This document shows positions 12,046 to 25,584 of a DNA stretch of 64,000 nucleotides, piece by piece. The stretch is from Octopus sinensis. Its lineage: Eukaryota. Position 1 is the first letter of the stretch. Every line of letters begins with the position of its first letter. The notes below the pieces were generated by a model that was not told the DNA's origin, did no database searches, and saw only the letters and a list, made by a program, of their open reading frames with translations. The position numbers and the translations under genes were made by a program. The DNA lies in the NCBI RefSeq assembly GCF_006345805.1, contig NC_042999.1:38812001-38876000 (forward strand). Reading direction: 5' to 3'.

Positions 12046-14293
12046 CGTGTAATGCTAAGAAGTGGTGCACGGTACTCCACTTTCGGACTGGAATACATAT
12101 ATATATATATATATATGACACGCTTCTTTCAGTTTCGGTCTACCAAATCCACTCACAAGGCTAAAACAGAAAGCAACGGACAGAGACACCAGTTTTTTTT
12201 TTGTTTTTTTTTGCGTATGCGGCATGCTTTTTTGACGTATATATATATATGCTGCTATATAAACTGTTTTGAAATTGAACTTGCTTTCTAAGTGAAGAAA
12301 AAGATGAACCTAAATAGTTTAGAGAACTTTATAACACTATATAGAGTAAACATTTCAAGTAATAATAATAATGGAATAAATCAAAGAGACAAGCAAAAAC
12401 AGAATACCACCAATACAATGAATATGCTTTGAATATTTATTTCAATGAATTTGACATTTGATATAATCCACCCAAAATATTTTCATCTGAAGATGCTCCT
12501 TAAAAATGCAAGTAGTCAATGTTTTGTTATCAAGCTGCATTGGAAGTTTAAAGAAAAGAACAAACGATTTTCGCTTTTGTCTTTAATTCCTTTCATTCGA
12601 CATCCATCGCATTTCTATTCAGCATGTCGTATATGATGGGAATTATTTACGCTTACTTGATTCAGAATATTATTTGAATTGCATTTAGTGACATTTGTGC
12701 TTCATTAAGTTTGGTTTTAATTCCTTTGTACTGACAATAGGACTGAATATTTTCCGGACAAAACTCATTCCATTGTTTTTCTAGTCGTAACTTGCAAATA
12801 TAAATTCCTATTTAAGGAGAGGTATCTAGGCTAAAACACGCTCAAATAACTTAGAACCATACCTTTTTCATAAAAGAGTAAGCGCTCAATTTCAACTTAT
12901 ATAAAAGTGAAGTCCTATAGTTTCCATTTTATTACAAAATACTTCTCCCATGTTAAACGTATGAATAGATTTGCATGCGTTTACCTTAAGGAAATAATAC
13001 TGAACGTTTAACTAAAATATCGTTTCTTCATATATAAAAATACAAATTTCCATTTATAAATCCACATAGACACTTGCACGGGTTTTATTAAATACAGATT
13101 CTTCTCTTCTTTTAAGAAATGTGTGACTAGGACGTCACACTTTCAATAACAATACTTTCAATAACAATAATTCATTAATCGAAGAGAGATTTTATCATAG
13201 TTGTACAAGACGTATGTTATAGTAGCCGTGAGGTTTTAAGAAGGTGGCACTACACCTAAGTTATAGTATAAACGTATTTATGCTCCTTCAAGTTGATAAT
13301 GTTCCGTGATTAATGGTGAGAACTTAATCTATGGTGTGCAAATAGAGAATATTTCATACAACTATCATTAAAATTTTTATAACACTGATTTTTATTGTGA
13401 AAGACTAACTGCGTATTTAGGAAGATGTACATCTTGAAACAGAAATCGGTGTCCTGGATGTATTTTTCACAAATGATTCAATATGCTGTAATGATATTCA
13501 GTAAAAACAGCATTCGTCTTTAGCAATAAAAGTTCGATAATTTATGCCGTTCATTTGCAATTTCTGATTGTTGATTTCAGACATTAATGTCATCAATACC
13601 TGTGTGAAGCGATTTACTGGAACTACTATGTTAAATTTCATATGTCCCAGCTCCTGAATTATATTTTATATTTTGATAATAAATATCACATTTTGCCATT
13701 TGATAATATATATTTCTATACATAAGAAATACTTTGAATACGGGGAAACAGGAAATAGCAAAGTAGGCCTATACTTAAGAACACATTTATCTATATGTGC
13801 CTGCGTATCTTAATTTCAAATTTTCTGAAACTAAGCTACAAGATAATATCTTACATTCGAAGTTTTCTTTCCTTCACAACCATACACATGCTATCTTTGT
13901 CACATTGTGTAATACATCATCTTCAAAAATAAATGGAATTCATCAATACCATTCTTCTCTTTTACTGAAGTTTAATATGTTCTCTATGAAATATACGAGA
14001 TAGTTATTTCGCGATTTGTGTACACGCAGCGATTATATAATATACCGATGAGCTTATCAATTCTATAACCGAATAAATGTCTGAATTTGCTCCAACAGAA
14101 AAAAAATAATATTCTAATAGAAAGTAGAATAAAATATATTATAGCCATTTAGATATAGAATGTGTCGTAAATTTGTTTTCGACTATACAAACTCTCGCAC
14201 ACATACTCATAAAAATGCTCAAACCTATATGTGAGTCTGGGTGTATAAACATACATATTTTTTCTGATACACACACGCACAGACACAAGTATA

Positions 14294-14328
<35 letters not shown>

Positions 14329-14386
14329 TTATATATATATATATTTAGTTTCAGCACAGAGCTGCGGCCATGCCTATACACCGCCG

Positions 14387-14460
<74 letters not shown>

Positions 14461-14482
14461 CATACATACATACATATATATA

Positions 14483-14535
<53 letters not shown>

Positions 14536-15789
14536 CATGTATATGCGTGTACGTGTGTATGTATACACACACACAAAGCTGTATCATATACCAAACTTCA
14601 TCTGCATTGAACTGTATTCCAATATCAGTTACGTTAAGCTAATCTATTTTTGAAATATTCAAGTTAGTAGGAACTTTATTATCAAATAAGCTCGTGCTGG
14701 TATGTATCAGTATTGGACAGAAAGTATGATGATTGGATTATTTGTCGCTTAACCGCTTTTGGCATGCCAGTGTATTTCAAATCGTTGAAAATTCGAAATT
14801 AAATTAACTATCCCGAGTCCTTTTGTAATGAATTTCCATTCTCATTGAAATCAACTGCAGCATTTTAAATTATCAGCAAGACAGATGATCGCTTGAACAC
14901 AACTAAGAAATAAACCATTACTTATGAACAGTTATACCGTCGTGAAACAACTGTAAATTCAAAGCTATCGATTATAGAGACTGTATTTTCTGAATATATC
15001 TATATCCGTTTGTAAGTTAGTATTAATGTAATCTCATTCGATGAATCAAATACATCTAACTTACGTACATTGAAATAGATAAACGGATGTGATTAATTAA
15101 CACCGAATCTAGTTTTGTAAGCAATGTTCCAGTTCTGAATCGAATTTGCTTTTAAAGTGCAGACGTTTAGGAACTGCAATATCTAAACGACGTTTAGAAA
15201 AGCAAATATTTGAATATGTTTTGCAACAACGACAGGCTTACCAATAAGTAAAAGATGACGAGCTATGAGAATACTATATCATAATCTAATGTCAAACCTG
15301 TATGGTAGTCATTACGTATGCACATATGTATGAAAGCAGATGTAGTTATATACAAATTTTCCAGGTTCATGGGAAATGACAGAAAAGAAAATGTCACGGA
15401 AGTCTATATCAACATGAAAACTATAGCGAAGACGTTAGATAGCAAACTATTACACTAGTGTAGCAGGTAATTACAACTTTTGCGATTAGCAAGAGGGTTT
15501 CGTTCCTTGTTTTTCTTTTCTACGGGCAAAACCATTTTTAAAGATAGTTGAAAAGGGAAACAGTACAGGCGCGGTCAAGACAGTTAAAGTTTGTTTTCTC
15601 GTTAAGAACGTCCTGCATTTAGTTACAGAATGACATATGGAATATGATAGACACAATGTGTGAGAGATGTCGTACATATAAATGTGTGTGTGAGGGATTT
15701 CGTACTTATATGGGTGTGTGTGTGTGTGTGTAATTATGCGTGTATGTGTATGTTTGTGTATGTACCAACTCACACAGACGCACACATAT

Positions 15790-15826
<37 letters not shown>

Positions 15827-15830
15827 CTAC

Positions 15831-15880
<50 letters not shown>

Positions 15881-16087
15881 GCATATAAATATATATATAT
15901 ACATATGCATGTATGAGGCATGAAACAAACACAATTTCTCTGAACTTCAAATGGGCATTAGAATCTCTCTCCCTGTCTCATTCTCTGTCTCTCTGTTCTC
16001 TGTCAGTCTGTTTGTCTCTACCTCTCACTTAATCTCTCCCCCCTCTCTCTTTCCCACTTTCACTCTCCATCTCTCTCTCTCTCACTC

Positions 16088-16143
<56 letters not shown>

Positions 16144-16340
16144 GTAGGACGATACGTGGCCTATTTATCAGGCAAGTTTACATTTTCGGCCGAAACTGTA
16201 ATAATAATTTGGAAACTTCATGGATATATAGAGGACCACGAATGAGTCTTTCTTGTTTTTTCCTCTCCGTATGTATCCGTTTGGTTTTACTGTCGTCTGT
16301 TGCATTCTTATTGCATTTTGGGGATTTATATATACATATA

Positions 16341-16605
16341 GGAGGCGCAATGACCCAGTGGTTAGGGCAGCTGACTCGCGGCCAGAAGATCGAGGTTTCG
16401 ATTCCCAGACCAGGCGTTGTGTGTGTTTATTGAGCGAAAACACCTAAAGCTCAACGAGGCACCAAATTTCTCTCATTCTTTCTTCCTGTTTCTTGGGTAT
16501 CGTTGCGATGGACTAGCGTCCCGTCCAGCTTCGGGGAACACATACACCACAGAAACCGCGAAACCGGGCTCATGAGCCTGGCTAGGCTTGAAAGGGGCTC
16601 ATAAA
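16341..16605 (+). mobile_element. Chimeric SINE: family C head joined to family D tail
   Basis: GGAGGCGCAATGACCCAGTGGTTAGGGCAG...GTTTCGATTCCCAGACC head followed by GCGATGGACTAGCGTCCCGTCCAGC...CATGAGCCTGGCTAGGC. Confidence 0.7.
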
Positions 16606-16684
16606 TAATAAAATAAACTATATAATATAGCGGCGTACGTACACTTTCTGTTCAGTTTGTAAGTATATATATATTCAAGTATGC

Positions 16685-16767
<83 letters not shown>

Positions 16768-17636
16768 TATTTGAATTTTGCATTTGAATATCAATGCAAT
16801 AAATATTATGAATTGTGATAATCTACATTCACTTTGACGTACGCATATTTTCTCTTTTATTTACTCTTAAGGATAAGCATTCAGCATTATATAGACAGTC
16901 ACACTCATACCCACGCACACACGTTCGGTCTCGCACAGGCACGAACATGCACTCACACACAGACACATAAACATGAGGACACATGCACTCATACACATAT
17001 TTACATATATACATATGCATATTTTATGAGTTTCTCTACCACTATGAACGAGTGCTAATAAGTATAATGTTTTTCGCAGTTATGCATTTTATATGCAGTT
17101 CTCTGACTCACGATTTTCTATTTCAAAATTAAATAGATATGCAGAAGATAAATAATGTCATAGTATTTGAAATCAAAATAAATGAATAAATAAATAAATA
17201 AAAAGAAATGCGAAAACGAATAATCATTGAAGATACTCCATAACGGAAAAAACGAAAGCAAAGCCACGCATAAAGATTATAGAATGAGGGAGCAAAAATG
17301 AACGTTGAAAAGTATTAAAAATTCAATAATATAAAAGCAATTATAGTATTTGTGAGAATGGATCTGTGTATATTGTCATTTTTTATTCAAAACGCATATA
17401 AAATTACACTTAGATTGGATTTCCTTTCTACAAACAGAGTTAAGATTTGCATCGAAATTTCATTTAATACAGTTATTCCATTCTTTTTAGATTTTTCTCA
17501 TAAATAATCATAAAACATCTTTCGGGTCCTATTTCGTTGCGCACTGTATATGGATGTATTATCTGCATATCTTGCATATTGAATACTGTTTATGATTAAA
17601 TCTGTACACATTCAGAAATGCGCATCGCTCTGTCTA

Positions 17637-17734
<98 letters not shown>

Positions 17735-17764
17735 ATGTGTGTGTGTGTGTGTGTATGTATATAT

Positions 17765-18066
17765 ATATCACCGTGATCACCGTGACCAACCAGGCTATCA
17801 GATGTTGCTGCACATCGCTGGTCACAATGCACTTCGCATTGGTTTTAGCCTTCAAATGACGCCACACCGCTGGCTAAGCGAGCAGGTCAACAGAAGAAAG
17901 AGTGAGAGAAAGTTGTGGCGAAAGTGTACAGCAGGGAATGCCCCCCACCTCGTGGAGCTTTAGGTGTTTTCGCTCAATAAACAATGAAAATGCCTGGTCT
18001 GGGAATCGAAAATGCGATCCTATGGCCGAGAGCCCTCTGCCCTAACCACTGGGCCATTGCGCCTCC
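17765..18066 (-). mobile_element. tRNA-derived SINE family C
   Basis: Reverse complement of the same head as 16341, with a different body (GCTGGTCACAATGC...GCTAAGCGAGCAGG on the plus strand). Confidence 0.75.
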
Positions 18067-18194
18067 GCATGTATATATATATATATATATATATATAATG
18101 TATATATATATATATATATATAATATATATATTTATATGTATATATATGTATGTATATTTGTATATATATATATGCATATGTTTATATGCATGC

Positions 18195-18253
<59 letters not shown>

Positions 18254-18310
18254 CATTATTGGTGAATTGAAGAAATGGAGCTGAACGCAGATTGAACAGA
18301 AATCGTTTTA

Positions 18311-18399
18311 TTTCATTCTACACGTGTTTCGAAAGGCACAAATTACCAAAATCCGATTGAATAATGGGACCATATTGTGTCTTTCTCTTCAGGAAGAAA
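18311..18399 (-). ncRNA. Type I hammerhead ribozyme with canonical core
   Basis: TTTCTTC-CTGAAGA-GAAAGACACAA...TTGTGCCTTTC-GAAA-CACGTG-TA-GAATGAAA: stem II 10 of 11 bp, palindromic ACACGTGT stem III, GUA triplet, stem I of 7 bp with one bulge; same strand as and downstream of the PLE ORF. Confidence 0.8.
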
Positions 18400-18994
18400 A
18401 AAGGAAATCCGCTGGAAAAACAAAAACAGAACAGAGGCTGAGCAAAAACAAATCGAACTATGCTCCTAAGAGCCCATGGCGAAACTGTTTATCAGTGTAT
18501 GTTGAGAACCGGTGGCTGAAGAATTCAACGGGTCAGGCATCGGTCAATCATGTGGGTGAGGGTGTATAGATGTTCTTTGTGACCGAGCATAAAGTTCTGA
18601 CTATTTAAGGAATATTGGATGTTTTATAAGGGGCGAGAAAAAATCTACTTAGAGACGTGTGTGTGTGTATACTGTTCTATATATGTGTGTGTTGGCGTAG
18701 GGGTAGAAAACATTTTTTGTGTACGTGTGTGCGTTTGATCGTTCGGCTGTCAGTGGCTACTGCCGTGATAACCGTTGGGTGGCAGAAAGAAAAAAAAATA
18801 TATATATATTATGTTTTATGTGTGTGTGTGTTCATCTAAGCCTGCCTTGTCAAGGAAACCCCCCGCTGTGAAAAAACCAAGCCCCGTTAGTCTTACAGGA
18901 GTAATTCCCCTTGCAGTGGTTAATCGTAGATATCTTAAAGGCTATTTCAGAATTTGTTACCAAGGGCTATGGGTGCCGGTATTATTTATAAACG

Positions 18995-19753
18995 CTATTT
19001 AAAAGCCAGATAAGTGTAACGCCGCCAATGGGGGCATCGAAAAGCCGACTGTAAGAGCCCGTTTACCATCCGGCCTCTGGCAAACAAAATATGGAAGAGT
19101 TCGGAGACACAAAGGTTGCACTGTCTTCTGCCCCTATCAAATGGGAGGGCCACCGACAAAATTGACCATTCCAGCCTATAGCTTAAGTTCGTATCCTTCA
19201 GTCGCCATATTAGCTTACTGAGTCCCGTGGTCTGGCGCTTGTTCACGTCCCGAAAAGTTGCGTAATGGTTGGAGACACGCAAAGACAATCTTGAGGATGA
19301 TGCCCCTACATAAGTGAAGACATCTGAGTCCGTGTAAACCTTGCATTGGTAGACGGCGTTTTTGATCTTGGAGTTCGCCGACGTGAATCTTAATCTGCTA
19401 GCATTAGTTTCTGAAATTAGAACTGCGTTCCTGTCACTATATTCGTTCCGAGACCTGCAGCCGCTTACTACTCTATTTTCCACTACGTCACTATTAACTA
19501 TAGGAATAACCCCTGATTCTCCACTATCTATCAGAGTGCTGTCATTGCTACTGCCCGTGGTGCTGCTATTGCGGGAAATGATGCTGGGGATGCAATTGGG
19601 GCTCTCTACCCTACTCCCATTGTTACCGTCAACCACAACACCCCTATTTATAACTATACCCCTAGTGGGTACTCCCTGGCTGGAGCTGAGATTATGTGTC
19701 ACTGTACTGGCTCTCATATCATTATTACTACTATAATTATTCCTACTGAGCAT
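18995..19753 (-). CDS. PLE GIY-YIG endonuclease preceded by a Ser/Asn-rich spacer
   Basis: 252-aa ORF; the C-terminal ~120 aa carry the VY..YVG, R..NH, W.L, CxLC and C.H motifs. Confidence 0.8.
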   Translation of the reverse strand: MLSRNNYSSNNDMRASTVTHNLSSSQGVPTRGIVINRGVVVDGNNGSRVESPNCIPSIISRNSSTTGSSNDSTLIDSGESGVIPIVNSDVVENRVVSGCRSRNEYSDRNAVLISETNASRLRFTSANSKIKNAVYQCKVYTDSDVFTYVGASSSRLSLRVSNHYATFRDVNKRQTTGLSKLIWRLKDTNLSYRLEWSILSVALPFDRGRRQCNLCVSELFHILFARGRMVNGLLQSAFRCPHWRRYTYLAFK

Positions 19754-20232
19754 TAAACGGGAGCGGAAGAGGCTGTGCCTCCGGAAAAAGGTGATAGGGT
19801 CTTAGTAAGTAGCCTATTATTATGGGAGGCGATTATCTGGGCGAGGTTTTTAGTGTTGGAGAAAGCTATCCTAACTTTATGCGAGTTAACCGTGGAGTAA
19901 TATTTGGAATTTCTGGGGAAGTTATTGGCGATGGCTTGTCTAAACATGAGGGGGAGGTTAGTTCTAATCTGCTTACCAAAGGGGATTACAAACCATATAT
20001 GCTTATTCCTATCAGTGTGATGGGTCGGCACGCCAGCTCTCGCATTCGGGTGGGTGATTCTCGGATGAATAACGGGTCTTGGGTTAGTGTAAGACCTCCC
20101 GGACCGATAATTATCCTTGCTCGCTAAATTAAAAGCGGGAGCGACTACCCCGGCATCCGCCGCGCTCCCGTCCTTACTTAAAATGTTAATGTTATTATAT
20201 ACGGCCCTATCCTGATGACCGAATGATGGCAT
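19753..20232 (-). CDS. PLE RT C-terminal (thumb) fragment
   Basis: IWF.PF...TN...F...NFP...N..K..I.FS...N...II..HN motif; the frame stays open ~33 codons upstream of the listed ATG. Confidence 0.75.
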   Translation of the reverse strand: MPSFGHQDRAVYNNINILSKDGSAADAGVVAPAFNLASKDNYRSGRSYTNPRPVIHPRITHPNARAGVPTHHTDRNKHIWFVIPFGKQIRTNLPLMFRQAIANNFPRNSKYYSTVNSHKVRIAFSNTKNLAQIIASHNNRLLTKTLSPFSGGTASSAPV

Positions 20233-20354
20233 CGGAAGGGCCGGATCAATATAAATTACCTTCTGCCTATTTACTGCTGTGATTTTTGCTACTAAGGTAT
20301 CGGTTAAACTTTTGATTAATCTACTACAAGATTATTCATCTTTCTATTTCACAT

Positions 20355-20390
<36 letters not shown>

Positions 20391-21584
20391 TGAATGCATA
20401 TATGCATATATATAGGTATTGGATTTCAACTTACTGGTAACAACGAACCATTTACTGATGGTCGGAGACACAGCGTTCATTTTCCTAAGTCTACGATCAG
20501 TACGTTGAATTTCATGCTGTGTGACAAAGCTGAGTCCTTGTGAACAACACATTTAGAAGCTATAAAAGGCGGCGAGCTGGCAGAAGCGTTGGCACGCCGG
20601 GCGAAATGCGTACTTTTCATCTTATATTAAACTTTTAATACTTTTTGATAGTTATATAATTAAAATAAAATATATATATATATATATATATATATTTAAA
20701 ATTTATAAGTTTAAATTATTGATTTAAATATTTTTTCAAAATTTTAACTTTAATTAAATATTTTAATTAGGAATTTTATATTTTATATTTTATATTTTTT
20801 ATATATTTTTTTTTATTAATTTTATTTCTATGTATTGGCTTATGATTTTCACTGTTTGAATTTGCCTAATAGTGGTTTTATCTCTAATTTTATATAATAT
20901 ATATATATATAATATATATATATATATTACATATACATATATGTATGTATGCAAGTATTTCTTTATCATCCTACTAAAATTCTTTTATTGGAAAGTGAAA
21001 AAACGGCAGAAAGGTTTACACGATTAGGTTAGGCAATAATTTGAGGAAAACCATAAAAACCCAATAATATACAACCAATTTCAAATTTTGAGAGATCTGG
21101 AAGTGTGCATATTCTCATATTTAATTCCAAACGCATATAACATTACTGCACTTAGGATGATGTGAGTTTATATATACATATTTTGAAATATTAGTTTTCT
21201 TAATTTATATCATGTTGTGCTGATGTTGATCATAAATAAACATGAAATAGTTTCCGATCAAATTTGATCACTTAAAATATATCTGGGAAATTTATCTATG
21301 TATCTTCCATACATACATACATGAGAACATTTATTTAAATTCTATGCATAAGTGCATTCGTATTGATCCTTACTGATTATAACAGGACAGCGTATTTCTA
21401 TACTCATGCACGAGACACACACACATATATAATCAGGTCATTAAGCATGACATGTCCGATTTTCTTATGCAACAATTTTGACAGTCGTTGATCTTGAAGA
21501 GTTACATCATCACTTTTCGAAATGCAATTCATGGTGTCTGATTATATTGTGGGTTTTCCCTTGTAAATCAATTTTTGTGAACAG

Positions 21585-22330
21585 ATTGATAGAAAAAAAT
21601 TCATGTTGTTTATTGATTCCATCGTGGAAACAATGCATCCCAGGTAGCTCGAAACATCAATGATGCATTTGGTGAAGATGTGCTGAATGGGCGTACTGCA
21701 CGTCGATGCCTTGAGAAGTTCTGATCTGGTGATATTCTCTTGCAAACCAGCTGCTTGGTAGACCTGAGACCAAAGTGGATAATGATGAGCTGGAAAGTGT
21801 AGTGGCATAGAATTTATCACAAATTATGCGTATTGGACCATCTGAAACAAACCGACAAAGTGAAAAAGCTTGATAAGTGGGTACCACATGAACTGAACGG
21901 GTATCAAATGCTGTTTTTTGTCGTCAAAGCATAAATGCGAACTATTTTTGCATCATATTGTTACATGTGATGAAAAATGGATTCTCTTCAGCAATAGTAA
22001 GAGTTCTGCACGATGGTTGGATATAGAAAAAGTGCCAAATCGCAATCCAAAAAAGAATATTCACCAAAAAATGCTAATGGCGTCTTTTGGTGGTCGAGTG
22101 CTAGTATCTGCCACTGCAGCTTCATGAGAGCTCGTAAGTCAATTACAGCTGATGTATACCAATTGGATGAAATAGTGAAGGAATTTGCAATTAAACAACC
22201 GAGATTGGTCAACAGAGGCAAGCTAACTCTCTTGCAAGACAATGATCGACTACATGCTGCACAAAGAACGCTTGTCCAGTTACAAAAACTGAACTTCGAA
22301 GTACACTTAAGAAATACCCAACTGGCTGGT
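21585..22330 (+). pseudogene. Decayed mariner transposase
   Basis: FHRGNNASQVARNINDAFGEDVLNGRTARR (HTH), IVTCDEKWI (first catalytic Asp), WWS...ITADVY and LLQDNDRLH (second Asp); multiple frameshifts. Confidence 0.85.
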
Positions 22331-23231
22331 TTCACATGTTGGAATTTGAATTAATGTTTTTCATTTCTGTAATTGAACTGATAAGGTGTGGAAACAATTG
22401 TAGGCAGGAATTTCTCGACGTGAATTCGAATAACTTTGAATAAATAGTGTCTGAACATCAATTTTTCTATCTTCTTCCCTTTCTCTCACACACACACACA
22501 CACAAATATATGATCTAACTTGATCCGTGATAAGGATCGCTCAATTGCAGACTTTGCTCCGAGGTATTCCTGCCTATTTTATGGATCAATGAGAAGATCA
22601 TTAATAACGTTTCTGAAAGTCTCTCAAGACGCTTAGATGCTTATAAATGAACTTTCGCACAAAGCCTTGGGAATGAAATTGAATGACCGTTAACCAAATT
22701 AATTATCTTAATTAACCTTAAGATATGGATGAATTAATTTAACTCTAGCCTCCACCATCGTATAAAGACTATGTAGCTATTTAATTCGCTGTGTGAGAGT
22801 ATGGGCACCAAACCACACGTGTGCGTAAGCCTATATCTTCGTGGATATTTATACGAACGAGTGTACAACCGAAGTGAGAGTATTTATACCTCCATATCTG
22901 TTAAAGGTGATATTTAATACCTTTCTGCTGTATTATATTTTCGTTTCTTTTTGCATTCTGTTATTTATTAGTGATCTTATATATAAATGAATCTGTATCA
23001 CTTAACTTGCTGTTTTTCTATTCACAGAGAGGATCAATTGCGGAACAGTCTTTATGTTAACGAGATGTATCTCGTTATCTCCTTATCTCGTAATTACTTG
23101 AAGAAACACATCTATCCGAAACTAGTTGTTAAATATCCTACCCGTGATGGTTCGATACGATTGTATTGGTTAATAAACACTCTCGTATCTTCCGTCTTCC
23201 GTATGCATATATATATATATATATATATATA

Positions 23232-23531
23232 AGCTTGCTTACCAACCACATGGTTCCGGGCTCCGTCCCATTGCATGGCGCCTTGGGAAGCTGTCTTCTA
23301 CTATAACGTCGGGCCGACCAAAGCCTTGCGAGTGGATTTGGTAGACAGAAACGGAAAGAAGCTCTTCGTGGGGCTGGCCAGGTCGGAACTATCTCAAGAT
23401 CAATCAGCCGAAACTGCGAGGATGATCCGGTTCTTGACTGAAGATTGGAGGCTTCGAATGTCCCGTCCGTGTTTTTTGTATCGCCTTCTAAATGTTTTGC
23501 GTTCTTGTCCCAGCTTGTATTTTTTTACATC

Positions 23532-23598
<67 letters not shown>

Positions 23599-23825
23599 AT
23601 GTATGTGTGTGTGTCTCTGTGTGTGTGCTTGTGTGTCTGTCTTCCCAACATCGCTTGACAACCGATGATGGTGTGTTCACGTACCCGTAACTTAGTGGTT
23701 CGACAAAAGAGATCGATAGAATAAGTACTAGTCTTACAAGGAATAAGTCCTGGGGTCGATTTGCCCGACTAAAGGCGGCGCTCCAGGATGGCTACTGTCA
23801 AATGACTGAAACAAGTAAAAGAGCA
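23232..23825 (+). mobile_element. SINE family A with a foreign internal segment
   Basis: Family A head and complete tail GGCGGCGCTCCAGGATGGC...GACTGAAACAAGTAAAAGAG; ~23368-23530 is unrelated to the other copies. Confidence 0.8.
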
Positions 23826-23826
23826 A

Positions 23827-23937
<111 letters not shown>

Positions 23938-24444
23938 CAAATACATATTTTTTATATATACATATATGCATACAAATATACATATATAAATATTTATCTA
24001 TATGTGTATGCTATTGTTTGTATGTGTATGAGTGTCTGTGTATTTATATAGGGAATACCAGCACGGAGTTTTAATACCAATAGATAACTTTTATCGTACA
24101 CTAAAGGTGGAAGTTATGTTACAACCGAAAACACAGCGTTATTTACTCTTAGACGACCTCTCGTATGGACTAGTTTTTCATTAAAAACTCGTGTTTACAT
24201 TGCTGACGTGTGATAACCGTCCACTACAACGGCCTGAACTGCCAGATCACCCGTTTTCGTCAGTCGTCCAATGAAGATATTGTAATTCATTCCCCCTCAA
24301 CGGGTGTCACAAACAGGCAGTTGGGTTAAAAGAAAATAATTAATTGCGAGATAAACGCGTGATTATATTGTAAACTCGCGATATATACGCGTGTTTATAT
24401 CGTTGAGGCGAAATAGCCGTCTACTACATTGGAGATGAATATCA

Positions 24445-24563
24445 ATTTCTTTATTGCCCACAAGGGGCTAAACATAGAGGGGACAAACAAGGACAGACAA
24501 ACGGATTAAGTCGATTACATCGACCCCAGTGCGTAACTGGTACTTAATTTATCGACCCCGAAA
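24445..24563 (-). mobile_element. 5'-truncated SINE family B with 14-bp target-site duplication
   Basis: Matches the 3' half of 45.05-45.17 kb; flanked by GGAGATGAATATCA at 24431-24444 and 24567-24580. Confidence 0.85.
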
Positions 24564-25548
24564 ATGGGAGATGAATATCATCTTGCTATTACTACTCTTT
24601 CTGTGGCTACTAATTACACTTGTCAGGGTGCAACGAGCACTTAGTCATGGGAGGTTCAAATGGCGCCGTGACTAGGTGCTTGCAATACTCGCTCATGCTT
24701 TGCAACAGGAAAGGTAAAATTCACCATTCTAATGGGAAAGCAGCAGCACTAATCATGATCGCGAAACAGAAAAAGATCAAAGGAGACAGAAAATATGACC
24801 AATAATCTACTACATATAGTCCAATTTAGGAATAGGAAATTGGACATGAGAAAAAAATAAACTGTAGTTTCTCCACGTCGTCTATACTACCAAGAGATCA
24901 GATATAGTTTTGGTGTCGGAAAGGCAAGGGAAATAGTCTTGATCGTACTTACAAGAAAAGAGCGATCGAGTCTTCGGATGGAGCCGTTCTAAGTATGGAA
25001 GAAGTCAGTATTCTCCCAGTCGAGTTTGGCTGAAGCGGATTGCCGACACAGTCGAAATTTAGGATGCTTACAACCAATATGGATGAGAGGAAACGGACGA
25101 AGCGTGAGTGTACCGCTTGCTGGTCAAGAAACACGAAATAAGATTTAAGCTGGAAACGAGGGGAAGATGATAAGCCGTGAATTGGCACTCTTCACTGATT
25201 TCCCAATGGAAAAGTTTTACGGTTCAAGGTCCAAACACACGATAACCGTTGGATACCGTCTGATGACATCAGTCGCTCCTAGCCAATGCGCCATTCATTT
25301 TGGGAAGTGATCATGTTGAAACCACAACCCTACACATTTTTCTCTCACCCATTTTTTTTTCTCTCAATCGTTTCCCTCGAAGGGCTTAGGCTCGAGACGC
25401 CAAAGCCTCCGCCACTGTACATAGTTTGAACTATACATTCATATATACATACATGCATATATATCGAGAAATTGAGATATGTATTCATATATATGAATAC
25501 ATTCTCTTCTACACACTCACATATATACACCCCCACATACAAATGTAT

Positions 25549-25584
<36 letters not shown>

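Larger units (their letters stand above)
18250..20335 (-). mobile_element. 5'-truncated PLE of a second clade (Naiad-like by motif)
   Basis: RT thumb RNKHIWFVIPFGKQIRTNLPLMF...NFP...VRIAFSNTKNLAQIIASHNNRLL, then GIY-YIG NAVYQCKV...YVGASS...RVSNH...LSKLIWRLKD...CNLC...CPH, then a 3' UTR with an HHR, ending at (TA)n. Confidence 0.85.

Noticed and set aside
18468-18495. CCTAAGA-GCC-CAT-GGC-GAAAC on the plus strand
   Set aside because: The core lacks a G, there is no stem I, and it is opposite to the element's strand.
20205-20242. CTGATGA within a GGCCCT...AGGGCC hairpin
   Set aside because: No GAAA or NUH in the right places; it lies antisense within PLE coding sequence.
18250-20335. Selenocysteine recoding, reported for some Naiad PLEs
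   Set aside because: No in-frame TGA in the visible ORFs (the junction stop is TAA) and no convincing SECIS.
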